Notes under the pieces: generated by a model | Told to the model about the DNA's origin: nothing | What the model saw: only the letters and a program-made list of their open reading frames with translations | Databases searched by the model: none | Made by a program: the position numbers and the translations under genes | Source of the DNA: an uncultured Acidobacteriota bacterium | GTDB lineage: Bacteria > Acidobacteriota > Thermoanaerobaculia > Gp7-AA8 | Assembly (NCBI GenBank): GCA_963741955.1 | Contig: CAVUKB010000005.1 | Span: forward strand, 768,001-832,000 | Direction: 5' to 3' | DNA length: 64,000 bases | In this document: piece after piece, positions 19,397 to 29,559 of the stretch | Layout of the letters: every line of letters starts with the position of its first letter | Position numbering within the stretch: the stretch's first letter is position 1

Positions 19397-20218
19397 TCAA
19401 TTGGTAGTCAGCAGATCGAGGAAGCTCTGGATCGTATTCAGCTTTCGCTCCGACTGCGAGTAAAGCTTCGAAGAGAAGATCGCGGTCGCCGCGTGGGCGG
19501 CGAGAAGCGAAAAGAGCTCGTAGTCGACCGCAGTGAAGGAATCCTTCTGCTGGAGCAGACTGTAGATGACGATCAGCCCGATCACGTGTTCCTTGATCTT
19601 GAGAGGAACGGCGGCGAGAGGGCGGTCGAGGGAGACGTCCCCTCCTTCGATGTCCTGGTTGACGTAATAGCTCTCTCCGGTCTTGGCGACTTCCCCGAGA
19701 ATGCCTTCGCCCAGGCGAATGGTCATCTCCCCGATTCCGCGAAGCTGCTCCGTCCCTTCTGCGGCGATCGCCTTCAGATCGTTCGATTTCTCGTCCAGCA
19801 GGAGGAGGGCGAAGCACTCCGCTCCGACCAGGTTGATGATGATCTCCTGGACGATCTGGATCACTTCCCTGAAATCGAGAGTCGAATGGAGCTGATAACT
19901 CGCGACGTAGAGATTCGCGAGATTGTTGTTCTGCTCTTCGATCTCGACGTAGCGGTGGGCGAAGTCCTTGTTCTCTTCCTCCACTCGCTCGAAGCGCTCC
20001 GTCAGGCGGCGGTTCTCTTCCATCACCTGCTGGAACTGATCGCGAAGGTGCTGCATCTCCTCGATCGTGGCGCTGGAGACCTCGTTCGAGCTCTCCAGCG
20101 AGGCGAGACGATACCGGAGCCGCTGGTTCTCCTTCAGGAGAGCCTCGGTGAATTCTTTCCCCTTGTTGAAGAGCTCGAGGAATTTTTCGGCTTTGCGGTT
20201 GACGTCGTCTGTGCTCAT
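19397..20218 (-). CDS. Coiled-coil + GAF domain protein without output domain
   Basis: N-terminal heptads; GEGILGEVAKTGE, AVPLK, FTAVDYELF. Confidence 0.8.
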   Translation of the reverse strand: MSTDDVNRKAEKFLELFNKGKEFTEALLKENQRLRYRLASLESSNEVSSATIEEMQHLRDQFQQVMEENRRLTERFERVEEENKDFAHRYVEIEEQNNNLANLYVASYQLHSTLDFREVIQIVQEIIINLVGAECFALLLLDEKSNDLKAIAAEGTEQLRGIGEMTIRLGEGILGEVAKTGESYYVNQDIEGGDVSLDRPLAAVPLKIKEHVIGLIVIYSLLQQKDSFTAVDYELFSLLAAHAATAIFSSKLYSQSERKLNTIQSFLDLLTTN

Positions 20219-20270
20219 GCGGACCCGTTGAATCTAACACAACTGCCGAGCTCTAAATAAGCAATTTCTT

Positions 20271-21311
20271 TCATCCCATGCAGATACGATGAATCGCTCC
20301 GGGGATCTCACCGACGGGAAGAACCTCCTCCACCGCGCCGGTACGGATCGCCTCTCCCGGCATCCCGAAGATGATCGCGGTCGATGCCGCCTCGGCGATG
20401 GTCCTTCCCCCGGCTTCGCGGATCCGACGGATCGAATCGGCTCCGTCATCGCCCATTCCGGTCAGGACGATCGCCAGAACCCGGTCGGCACAACTCTCCA
20501 CTGCGCTGGAAAAGAGCCGGTTCACCGACGGTGCATAGAGATCACTGACACTCTTTTCGGAGACGCGGATTCTCAGATCCTCACCACTCCTGACGATCTC
20601 GGTCTGAGATCCCCCCGGCGCGATGTAGACCCATCCCGTCACGAGCGGCTCGCCGTCTTCCGCCTCTTTGACCCGGTAGCTCGCGAGCCGGTTCATTCGC
20701 TCCGCGAACACCCGGGTGAACGTCTGCGGCATGTGCTGGGCGACGACGAACGGTACGGGGATGAGGGGCGTCTGCTGGAAGAGGCTCTGGAGTGCAGGAG
20801 GGCCCCCCGTGGAGGCGCCGATCACCACGAGATCGATGTTCTTGGCCCGGCCGCTGACCATCCGGTCCGACCTCGCCCGGGGAGGCTCTTCCTCGTGAAT
20901 CCGCTTCTGGACGTTCTCCAGCCGGATCTCCGCACATTGCCGGACTTTCGAGAGCAACTCCTCGCCGATCTCTTCGAGCCGCGGCGAGACGCGCCCTCCC
21001 GGCTTCGCGATGAAGTCGACGGCCCCCAGCTCCAGCGCCTTGAACACGCTCCGGTCACTCGCCCGCGACGAAACCGCGATGACCGGGCGAGGGAGGTTCG
21101 CCATCAGCCAGCGGAGAAACGCGAATCCGTCCATCACCGGCATCTCGAGATCGAGCGTGATCACGTCGGGGCGGTAACGGAGCACCTGCTTGATTCCATC
21201 CTCACCGTTGATCGCGGTCGCGACCACCTGAACCTCGCCGCTCGACTCCAGCATCTTGGCCAGAGTGACCCTGTTGTAGGCGGAATCATCGATGACGATG
21301 GCTTTGATCAT
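20271..21311 (-). CDS. cheB: Chemotaxis methylesterase
   Basis: REC domain (LDLEMP) plus GASTGG, QHM, TGMGDDG triad. Confidence 0.95.
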   Translation of the reverse strand: MIKAIVIDDSAYNRVTLAKMLESSGEVQVVATAINGEDGIKQVLRYRPDVITLDLEMPVMDGFAFLRWLMANLPRPVIAVSSRASDRSVFKALELGAVDFIAKPGGRVSPRLEEIGEELLSKVRQCAEIRLENVQKRIHEEEPPRARSDRMVSGRAKNIDLVVIGASTGGPPALQSLFQQTPLIPVPFVVAQHMPQTFTRVFAERMNRLASYRVKEAEDGEPLVTGWVYIAPGGSQTEIVRSGEDLRIRVSEKSVSDLYAPSVNRLFSSAVESCADRVLAIVLTGMGDDGADSIRRIREAGGRTIAEAASTAIIFGMPGEAIRTGAVEEVLPVGEIPGAIHRICMG

Positions 21312-21481
21312 TCGCAGTCGGGCCCGGGAGCTCCGCCGCTGCGAGGAACGGCAGCTGGTGCGGAGCAAGCCGGGCTCTCCGCGCTGAAGGATATGCAAAA
21401 ACCCCGAAGAATGGGAGAGCGATTACAGGTCGAACGCTGCACGGCGGCGCGGAAAGGAGGATCGGTTCGGTTTTCGGACCG

Positions 21482-22333
21482 TCAGCGCTGGTAGACCATG
21501 TCGTGCTTCAGATGCCGGAGCCGGAAATGCGTCGAGAGGGAGATCAGTGATTCGGAGTGGCCCAGGAGAAGGTAACCGCCGTCCCCCAGACGGTTGTAGA
21601 AGCTGCCGATCACGGCACGCTTGGAGCTCTCGTCGAAATAGATGATCACGTTCCGGCAGAAGATCACGTCCAGCTGACCGAGAAGGGCAACCCGGGATTC
21701 GTCGTACAGGTTCACCCGGCCGAACGAGACCCGATTGCGGATCGAGTCGCCGATTCGCCATGAGGAGTCGGGCTCGCGGGTGAAGTATCGCTCCCGGAGC
21801 TCGGGCGACGTTGCGCGAAATGCATTCTCTCGATAGATGCCTTTGCGCGCCTTTGCGAGGACGAGTTGATTGATGTCACTGGCGAAGATCTCGAACTGAG
21901 CGCGCTCGTAGTATCCCCTCTCGGCAAGGAGCATGGCGATGGTGTACGGCTCTTCACCCGAAGAACAGCCGGCCGACCAGATCCGGATCTTCCGGCTCCC
22001 CTTCTTTTCGATCAGCTCCGGAACGATCTCCTCGATGAAGGCCGAGAGCTGGGCGGGCTCGCGCATGAAATACGTCTCGTTCGTGGTGACCACGTCGAAG
22101 ATCCGGTCCATCTCCGAGTCGGATCTCGGGTCGTACTGCAGAAAGTAGAAGTACTTCTGGAAGGATTCGAAGTTCAGTTCGCGGGCGCGGGCGGAGAGGC
22201 GCTTCTGCAGAAGGTACTTGGAGCTGTCGGCGAACCAGAGACCGCTCTTGCTGTAGATCAGATCCCGCAGCATCCGGAAGACGTCGTCCGGAAGCTCGAG
22301 ATGATGATTCAGGGACAGGTTGAACGAGCTCAT
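21482..22333 (-). CDS. cheR: Chemotaxis methyltransferase
   Basis: TTNETYFMRE, WSAGCSSGEEPY, CRNVIIYF, LGHSESL. Confidence 0.95.
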   Translation of the reverse strand: MSSFNLSLNHHLELPDDVFRMLRDLIYSKSGLWFADSSKYLLQKRLSARARELNFESFQKYFYFLQYDPRSDSEMDRIFDVVTTNETYFMREPAQLSAFIEEIVPELIEKKGSRKIRIWSAGCSSGEEPYTIAMLLAERGYYERAQFEIFASDINQLVLAKARKGIYRENAFRATSPELRERYFTREPDSSWRIGDSIRNRVSFGRVNLYDESRVALLGQLDVIFCRNVIIYFDESSKRAVIGSFYNRLGDGGYLLLGHSESLISLSTHFRLRHLKHDMVYQR

Positions 22334-22394
22334 GGAACGGTTTCACCGATCTGAAGGATCATCGCCGTTTTCCGCCGAGTGCTCTGGCGGCACA

Positions 22395-24644
22395 TCACGA
22401 ACGCGACTCCCGCTGCGACTGGTCGGCGCCTCTCATCGCCTCGAGGATCGCCGCGATGACCGGCTCGCGCCGGTTGTCGGCTTCCCTCCAGGCCGCCTCG
22501 AGGAGCGAACGATAAATCTCCTTGTGCCGGACGAGCAGATCCGAGACGTCGTCCAGAATCGCCGGGTTGTCGAGTGACTGCAGGAGGAACGGGAACGATT
22601 CCGGCCTCCCGAGTTTGTCGATCGCCTCCACGGCAGAGTGCTGAACGTACGGATCGGGATCGTCGGCAAGAATGTGATGGACCTGATCGAGCACTCGCGT
22701 GTCGCCACGGTTGCCGAGGGCCACGACTGCAGCGGCGCGGAGACGCCAGTCCGGATGCTGGAGCGTCGCGGTCAGGCGCTCGAAGACTTCCTCGCCCGGG
22801 ATGCGCGCGAGTGCCTGGATCGCTGCTCGCCGGATCTCCGGATCTTCGATATCCGCGGCTTCGAGCAGAGCTGGCAGGACTTCTCGGAGCGCGGACTTCC
22901 CGAGCGCTTCGATTGCCGCGATCTTCACCGGAGCGAGATCCTCGCGCAGATGCTGAACGAGATGAGGGACAGCCGCCTGGTGGCGGTATTCGCCGAGTGC
23001 CTGCGCCGCGGCGGTCCTGATCCAGACGTCTCCGTCCTCGAGGGAGCTGAAGAGCGGATCGAGGCCCGTCTCGGGTCGGAGGTGGACGATCGCGTTGATT
23101 GCAGCGAGGCGCACTCCGGTCGACTCGTCGGCGAGGGAGAGGACCAGCTGGGCGGCAAAACGTTCTTCGCTGAATTTCCCCATCAGCGAGATCGCTTTCT
23201 GCCGGATCACCGGGTCCCCGTCCTTCGATGCGAGCAGTAGCTCGTCGTGGTAGCCCTCTCCCTGGATGTTCACGTAGATCGAGAGCGAGTTGAGCTTGAT
23301 GGGGATCGACGACGACGCGAGCAGTTTTCTGATTTTGACCAGAGTGTCGTTCTTGATCTCCGGGAACGCCGCTACGAGGGCGGAGATCGAGTTCACCGCT
23401 GCCTGTTGCGCTCCAACGTCCGCGTCGTCCAGCTCCGCGAGGAGGTAGTCGATCGAGGATGGATCGAGAATCTCACCCAGGGTCTCGATCGCGAGGCGCC
23501 GGATCATCGAGTTCGGATGGTCGAGGAACGAGAGAATGGTCGGAATCGATTCCGCCCCGGCGATCAGGTTCAGCACCCGGAGGAGGAGAGCCGTGACGTC
23601 GTCGTCTTCCGAATTCCTGAGCTTCTGGAGGACCGGGATCGTCGCGTCGCTCCCGTAGTCGATGAGTGCCTCCGCCGCAACTTCGGCCGTCTCCGGGTTC
23701 TCGATGAATTCGAGGAGAACGTCGAGAGCTTCGGCGTCACCCGACCATCCGAGCAGCTTGAGGATGAAGCTTCGTACCTCGCGCTTCGGGGTCGCCCGGA
23801 GATGGTCGATCAGCGGATGCATTTTGGACTTCGGGAATGCTTCCCGGAACCGCTTCTGGATCACTGCCCTTTCCGCGGCCTCCACGATGCGGGGCTTGTC
23901 CGCTTCGGCGATGCGGATCAATGCGCGAAGCGCGGTCAGGTTCAGCTTCTCTTCCTCGTTGATCACCTTCAGGAGGAAATTCACGGTTCCCACGTCGGCG
24001 ATTTTTCCCACCGATTCGAGTACCGGTTTGCGGAGCGACTTTTCGGCATAAAGGGGAAGAATGGACGGGAGGGCGGCCCGATCACCGATCTCGCCGAGCG
24101 CCTCGATCACGTGAAACTTCAGCCACAGGTCGTCCCGCCGGAGAGCACGCAGCAGATCCGGGAGGGAGCGGGGATCACGGTACTTGCCGATCGAGGTGAC
24201 CACCGAAGAGAGCACGTTGACGTCGGTCTCGGTGGCCAGTAGTTTGAGGAGCCGCTCGAGCGCCGCTTCGTTCCGCAGGTCTCCGAGCAGATTGACGAGC
24301 GAGAGCCGGACGTCGACATCGCCCTCCCGCTCCACTCTTGCCAGGACGTGAGGAAGAGCGTCGGCGCCGATGCGGATCAGCGCCTCCGTCGCGGAGTTTC
24401 GCTTCCCGGCATTCTCCGGATCGTGCAGTGCGTCGAGGAGTCCCTCGACCACTCTCGCGGAAGGTTCTCGAAGCAGTCCTTCGATGATGGTTTTCCGGAC
24501 GCGCCAGTCGCGGTCACCGAGCATCTCGAAGATCAGCGGAAGGTCCTCGGGCCCGATCTGTCGAGCGACCTGCTGAGCCGCTTTCTGGCGAAGGTCCGCG
24601 TCGCTGGATCTCGCCTGTTCCAGGAGCTTCTGATCGGTCGTCAT
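22395..24644 (-). CDS. HEAT repeat protein
   Basis: Many D-x-D-W-x-VR / A-x-x-ALG repeats over 749 aa. Confidence 0.9.
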   Translation of the reverse strand: MTTDQKLLEQARSSDADLRQKAAQQVARQIGPEDLPLIFEMLGDRDWRVRKTIIEGLLREPSARVVEGLLDALHDPENAGKRNSATEALIRIGADALPHVLARVEREGDVDVRLSLVNLLGDLRNEAALERLLKLLATETDVNVLSSVVTSIGKYRDPRSLPDLLRALRRDDLWLKFHVIEALGEIGDRAALPSILPLYAEKSLRKPVLESVGKIADVGTVNFLLKVINEEEKLNLTALRALIRIAEADKPRIVEAAERAVIQKRFREAFPKSKMHPLIDHLRATPKREVRSFILKLLGWSGDAEALDVLLEFIENPETAEVAAEALIDYGSDATIPVLQKLRNSEDDDVTALLLRVLNLIAGAESIPTILSFLDHPNSMIRRLAIETLGEILDPSSIDYLLAELDDADVGAQQAAVNSISALVAAFPEIKNDTLVKIRKLLASSSIPIKLNSLSIYVNIQGEGYHDELLLASKDGDPVIRQKAISLMGKFSEERFAAQLVLSLADESTGVRLAAINAIVHLRPETGLDPLFSSLEDGDVWIRTAAAQALGEYRHQAAVPHLVQHLREDLAPVKIAAIEALGKSALREVLPALLEAADIEDPEIRRAAIQALARIPGEEVFERLTATLQHPDWRLRAAAVVALGNRGDTRVLDQVHHILADDPDPYVQHSAVEAIDKLGRPESFPFLLQSLDNPAILDDVSDLLVRHKEIYRSLLEAAWREADNRREPVIAAILEAMRGADQSQRESRS

Positions 24645-25465
24645 GAGTGTTCGGTGCCGGTTCTCAGACGTTGGAGCTCCTCACGCTTCATCTGGACGAA
24701 CTGCTGAAGAGTCTCGGTGAAGATCTCCGTCGTCTGGCGGACGCGAAGAGGGACGCGGGATTCGTAGTACTGCCGTCCGTCGGCGATCTCGTCGCCGAGT
24801 ACGTCGAAAAAAGTTCCCTCCCGGATTCCTCGCTCCACCTTCTCGTTGTTGTAGATGATGATGTCGGAGAGGATCAGCCGGGCCAGCCTCCGCGCCTCGT
24901 CGATCTCGACCGGCTCGGGATGGAGCGCGGTGGTGGGACGCGCGTCGGGGAAAAGCTTCTCGATGATCCCGCGAAGCTCCCGCGCCGGGATCTGCTCCTC
25001 GATGTATTCGTCCGCTCCATAGAGGTTCGTCGGGTTGGCCCTGAACCGATTGGCCCTGAAAAGTGCGCCGATCAGCACCACCCGGGTCTGCGCGAGCCTG
25101 GGATCGGCTTTGATCTCCTCCGCGATCTCGACTCCGAGCTTCCCCTTCAGATAAACGTTCAGGATCACCAGCGCGGCGCTCCGCTCTCGAACGAATGCCA
25201 GTGCGGCGTCGCCGCTCTCGAAGAACTGCACCTTGAAATTCATCTGCGCGAGCTGATCACCGAGGAACTTTCGAAACTCCCGCGGTTCGTCGGCGATGAC
25301 CGCGATACGTTCCGACGATCCCGAAGCATCGGCGCCCGTCGCAGCGGAAGGTCGCAGCACCATCTGTTTCCCGCACGAAGGACATGCGAGACGGACGGGC
25401 GTAGCGAGAGGCAGTTTCACTGCCGCTCTGAAAATCGCGTTGCATTGCCGGCATTTCAGTTCCAT
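24641..25465 (-). CDS. Zinc-ribbon + atypical receiver domain protein
   Basis: CRQC...CPSC; REC fold with Asn (VILNV) at the phospho-Asp position. Confidence 0.75.
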   Translation of the reverse strand: MELKCRQCNAIFRAAVKLPLATPVRLACPSCGKQMVLRPSAATGADASGSSERIAVIADEPREFRKFLGDQLAQMNFKVQFFESGDAALAFVRERSAALVILNVYLKGKLGVEIAEEIKADPRLAQTRVVLIGALFRANRFRANPTNLYGADEYIEEQIPARELRGIIEKLFPDARPTTALHPEPVEIDEARRLARLILSDIIIYNNEKVERGIREGTFFDVLGDEIADGRQYYESRVPLRVRQTTEIFTETLQQFVQMKREELQRLRTGTEHS

Positions 25466-25477
25466 AGGCAGGTGATC

Positions 25478-26341
25478 CTAGAAAGTTAGCACTCGATCCA
25501 GATCGAGAAGTATCGACAGCCTGTCACCGGACTGAAATACCCCGTCGATGTATTCGCTCTGCTCGTTCGCGTTGACCACGGGATGTTTCTCGATCTGCGA
25601 CGGATCGATCTTGATCACCCGCGAGACCCGATCGACGGGGAAGCCGGCAGTTTCGCCTTTCGCCTCCACGACGATGATTCTCACATCGGGATGATCCAGC
25701 GAAGTAACGGGATGTCCGAGCGTCCGGCGTAGATCCAGAATTGTGACGATTGTACCCCTGAGGGAGATGATTCCCATGACGGTGTCCGAGGAATTCGGCA
25801 CCCGGGTCGGAGTGCGCGGCGTGATGATCTCGATGATCCGTTCGAGATCGACGGCGTAATGTTCTCCCGCGAGGTCGAAACTCAGAAGCTGCCGGAGATC
25901 CTCTCCTCCCTCCTCCTGCTGGACGGAGAGGAGCCGCACTTCCTCGACCCTCTGTCCCGCCCCGCGCTTGAACCGCTCCAGACGGGCACCTGCAGTCGCA
26001 GCCGGAAGCCCGCGTTTCGAAGCTGCGGGGGCCGAGGGGGCCTTCTCCTCCCGCACATCGTTCGGAGCCGATCTTGCGGGCTCCGTTTTCGCCAGCGGTC
26101 GCCCTCCCGAATCGTCTCCCGCTCCCGGAGCGTCATCCCCGCCCCCGCGGGCACTCTTCTTTTCGGTGCGCTCGGGCTTCGACTGCGGAGACGCCTTCCG
26201 GGGTTTCGAAGAACGGGGAGGTTTCTGCCGCCTCTCCGTTTCCTCGATCGATTCCGGAGTCTCTTCCCCGCCGTTCGCCTCCTGTGACAGGGCCGCCGCC
26301 TTCTCCTTCGCCTTCCTGCGAATCTTCACCAGATCAACCAT
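25478..26341 (-). CDS. cheW: CheW with long disordered N-terminal extension
   Basis: TRVPNS, GIISLRGTIVTILDL, GFPVDRV. Confidence 0.9.
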   Translation of the reverse strand: MVDLVKIRRKAKEKAAALSQEANGGEETPESIEETERRQKPPRSSKPRKASPQSKPERTEKKSARGGGDDAPGAGDDSGGRPLAKTEPARSAPNDVREEKAPSAPAASKRGLPAATAGARLERFKRGAGQRVEEVRLLSVQQEEGGEDLRQLLSFDLAGEHYAVDLERIIEIITPRTPTRVPNSSDTVMGIISLRGTIVTILDLRRTLGHPVTSLDHPDVRIIVVEAKGETAGFPVDRVSRVIKIDPSQIEKHPVVNANEQSEYIDGVFQSGDRLSILLDLDRVLTF

Positions 26342-26349
26342 GGTTCATC

Positions 26350-27153
26350 TCACCTGATCAGACGGTGTTCCCGCGCCGCCGCACGAACACGATCTGCCTC
26401 CACTGTCGAAGCGTCTTCCCCGAAAGCGTCGAGAAGTGCAGTCGTCGCGATCGTATTGATCAGCCGGGGAATTCCTCCGGTCGCCTCGTGAACCGCCGCC
26501 ACCGCCTCGGGAGTGAACGGATTCGACTCTCCCCCCGCTACACGGATCCGGTGGTCGATGTACTCACTGGTCTGCTCGGGAGTCAGGGGCCCGAGATTGT
26601 AGCGGAGTCCGATCCTCTGGCGCAGCGCGGCGTACGCCTTGTGGTCGAGCCGCGATTCGAGCTCCGGCTGTCCGAGGAGAACCAGAGCCAGAAGGTTCTG
26701 GTCGTCGAGCTGGAAATTGGTCAGGAGTCGGATCTCGTCGAACGTCGCCTTTTTCGGAATGAGCTGCGCCTCGTCGATGATCACCACCGGCTCACGCCCT
26801 TGTTCGTACAACTCGTACAGCGCAGTGTGAATCTGGTCCAGAAGATCGTTGCGGAAACGCTGCGGAACGAGACCCAGTCCCGAAGCGATGGTGCGAAGCA
26901 GCTGAGCAGGGGTCAGGACTGGATTGATGATCAGAACCACCGGATGCGATTCGCCGATCCGGTCGATCAATGCCCGGGAGATGGTCGTCTTTCCCGATCC
27001 CACGTCCCCGGAGAGGAGCGCGAAGTCCTTCTCGTCGACTGCGTACTCCAGCCTCGCGAGAGCTTCCCTGTGTTGTGGGCTCTCGTACAGGTAGGCCGGA
27101 TTCGGCGTTCTGCCGAACGGTGCCTCACGGAATCCGAAGAACTCGTGGTACAT
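26350..27153 (-). CDS. ExeA/GspA-type AAA ATPase
   Basis: MYHEFFGFREAPF, GDVGSGKTT, IIDEAQ, LLGQPEL, GGIPRLIN. Confidence 0.9.
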   Translation of the reverse strand: MYHEFFGFREAPFGRTPNPAYLYESPQHREALARLEYAVDEKDFALLSGDVGSGKTTISRALIDRIGESHPVVLIINPVLTPAQLLRTIASGLGLVPQRFRNDLLDQIHTALYELYEQGREPVVIIDEAQLIPKKATFDEIRLLTNFQLDDQNLLALVLLGQPELESRLDHKAYAALRQRIGLRYNLGPLTPEQTSEYIDHRIRVAGGESNPFTPEAVAAVHEATGGIPRLINTIATTALLDAFGEDASTVEADRVRAAAREHRLIR

Positions 27154-27157
27154 GGGC

Positions 27158-29179
27158 TCAGACCGCAGCGGCCCCCCTGCTCCGGACGGTGCGGGCCACA
27201 CTGCCGAAGTTGTCGATCAACGAACCGACGTCGACCACCAGAACGATCTCGTTCTCGCCGATCTCCGTCGCTCCCGCGACTCCCGGGATGGTCTTCAGCC
27301 TCTCGCCGATGGATTTGATCACGATCTCCTGCTGCCGTACGAGCGCGTCGACCAGCAGACCGACCAGCCGCTCGCCCGACCGGGTCACCACCACGAACCA
27401 TTTGCTGTCGGGAGTGTCCGTGCTGCGGCCGTCGTCGACTCCGAATGCGTCCGCGAGCCGGATCAGAGGGAGCGTGAAGTCGCGCAGATTGAATACTTCG
27501 CGCCTCTCGACCGTCCCGATCTCCCGCGCCCGTATCCTCAGCGACTCTTCCACGGAAGTGAGAGGAATGGCGAAGAGATCCTTTCCAACTCGCACCACGA
27601 GGGCCTGGAGAATGGCCAGGGTGATCGGGAGCATCACCCGGAACGTGGATCCCTTTCCCGGTTCGCTCAGCACGTCGATGGATCCCTTCAGGTCCTGGAT
27701 GTTCCGCCGAACCACGTCGAGACCGACACCGCGGCCGGAGATCTCGCTGACTGACGCCGCCGTCGAGAACCCGGGCGCGAAGATCAGCTCTGCGGCTCTC
27801 ATCTGGTCGAACGCATCGCCGGACCCGATCACGCCCTTCTTCGCCGCCGTCTTCCGGATCCGCTCGATGTCGATCCCGCGGCCGTCGTCGGAAACGTCGA
27901 TCACCACCGAGTTCCCCTTCTGATACGCCTGAAGAACGATGCTGCCCTTCGGTGGTTTTCCCGCCGCGATCCTCTCTTCGACCGGCTCGATCCCATGGTC
28001 GATCGCGTTCCGGATGATGTGCATCAGCGGATCAGTCAGCTGGTCGACCATCATCTTGTCGAGCTCCGTGTCTTCACCACGGAGGATCAGCTCGATCTCT
28101 TTCCCGAGCTCCCGCGCCACCTTCCGCACCGTGCGGGAAAGCTTCGAGTAGATCTGTCCCACCGGGACCATCCGGATCTCGATCACCGATTTCTGCAACT
28201 CGTTGAGCCGCCGGTCGAGATTGCGCGAGATCTTGTTCAGTTCCTGGATGCTGCTGCGTCCGCCGCGGGAATCGGAGGTCCGCGCGAGCGTTTCGAGATG
28301 AGCCTTCTCGATCAGAAGCTCGCCAACCACGTTCATCACGTGGTCGAGCTTCCGGATGTCGACCCGGACCGTGTTGGACATCGAACGAAGCGAAAGATCG
28401 TCCTCGACGGTACCCTCTCCTCCGGCGATGGACGGCTCCGTTTTCCGGAGAGAGCTGACCGTCGCCCGTTCGCCGACGAGATCTTCGACACTGGAACGAT
28501 TCAATTCCGTTCCGTACAACAGACGGAAGCCGATCCCTCCTCCTCCCGCCGTATCGACGGAGGGAAGCGTGGAGATCACCTCACCGTGGTCGTTCAGATC
28601 GCCACTGAGCTCCCGAAGACGCTCGTCGAAATCGGTCAGATCGAAGCTCGCTTCCACCGAGAGGACGTTCCGGCCGGAGCGGAGGTTCTCGAGAAGGCGA
28701 TGCTCTTCGTACTCGGTCAGCGACTTCCGCGTCTGGTCGTCGAGATCGATCTGCTCGAGCGGATCGTCATCGACGATCGGCTTCTGGTTCGTCACCAGCT
28801 GATGGATCCGGGTGGTGAGCTTCGGGAGATCGACCAGTGCCGCCAGTTGCGGATCGTAGATTCCGATCACCAGACGGTTGAGTGAATCAACCGCATCGTA
28901 AAGAAGATCGTAGAGCTCCCGGGAGATCTCCAGACGTCCCATCCGGAGCCGGTCGAGCATGTCCTCCAGATTGTGCGAAAGCTCGGAGATCTCCGCGAAG
29001 CCGAGCATCCCGGCCAGACCCTTGAGCGAATGAACGTTCCGGAAGATCTTGTTGATCAGCTCCGGGCGTACGCCCTTTCCCTGCGATTCGAACTCCGACA
29101 GATCTCGAGAGAGGGTATCCAGGAGCTCCTCTGCTTCCGAAGTGAACTCCTGCCTCGCACGATCGTCCTCTTTCGTCAT
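27158..29179 (-). CDS. cheA: Chemotaxis histidine kinase
   Basis: HPt FRNVHSLKG, HIIRNAIDHG, SDDGRG, SGRGVGLD, C-terminal CheW domain. Confidence 0.95.
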   Translation of the reverse strand: MTKEDDRARQEFTSEAEELLDTLSRDLSEFESQGKGVRPELINKIFRNVHSLKGLAGMLGFAEISELSHNLEDMLDRLRMGRLEISRELYDLLYDAVDSLNRLVIGIYDPQLAALVDLPKLTTRIHQLVTNQKPIVDDDPLEQIDLDDQTRKSLTEYEEHRLLENLRSGRNVLSVEASFDLTDFDERLRELSGDLNDHGEVISTLPSVDTAGGGGIGFRLLYGTELNRSSVEDLVGERATVSSLRKTEPSIAGGEGTVEDDLSLRSMSNTVRVDIRKLDHVMNVVGELLIEKAHLETLARTSDSRGGRSSIQELNKISRNLDRRLNELQKSVIEIRMVPVGQIYSKLSRTVRKVARELGKEIELILRGEDTELDKMMVDQLTDPLMHIIRNAIDHGIEPVEERIAAGKPPKGSIVLQAYQKGNSVVIDVSDDGRGIDIERIRKTAAKKGVIGSGDAFDQMRAAELIFAPGFSTAASVSEISGRGVGLDVVRRNIQDLKGSIDVLSEPGKGSTFRVMLPITLAILQALVVRVGKDLFAIPLTSVEESLRIRAREIGTVERREVFNLRDFTLPLIRLADAFGVDDGRSTDTPDSKWFVVVTRSGERLVGLLVDALVRQQEIVIKSIGERLKTIPGVAGATEIGENEIVLVVDVGSLIDNFGSVARTVRSRGAAAV

Positions 29180-29559
29180 CAGGAAGCCACCTTGAGGAGC
29201 TTTCGGAGTTTCTCCTGGAGCTCTTCCGGAGCGAAGGGCTTGACCAGGTACTGTTCCGCCCCGAGTGCCGCCGCCCGTTTGCGATCTTCGTCGCTGCTCT
29301 CGGTGGAGATCACCATGATCGGGATCGAACGGTAGACGGGATGATTCTTGAGGAAACTGACCAGCTCGAGGCCATTGATGTCCGGCATGTTGATGTCGGT
29401 CAGGATCGCGTCGAACTTGTGGTGAGGGAGCGTCTTGAGCGCCTCGAACCCACTCGAAGCCTCGACGATCTCGAGCTCGAACTCCTCGCTCTCCCCCTCG
29501 ATCATCGTCGTCAGATACGCTCTCATCGAAGGCGAGTCTTCTACCACCAATATCTTCAT
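29179..29559 (-). CDS. cheY: CheY-like response regulator
   Basis: VEDS, TDINMPDING, KPF. Confidence 0.9.
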   Translation of the reverse strand: MKILVVEDSPSMRAYLTTMIEGESEEFELEIVEASSGFEALKTLPHHKFDAILTDINMPDINGLELVSFLKNHPVYRSIPIMVISTESSDEDRKRAAALGAEQYLVKPFAPEELQEKLRKLLKVAS

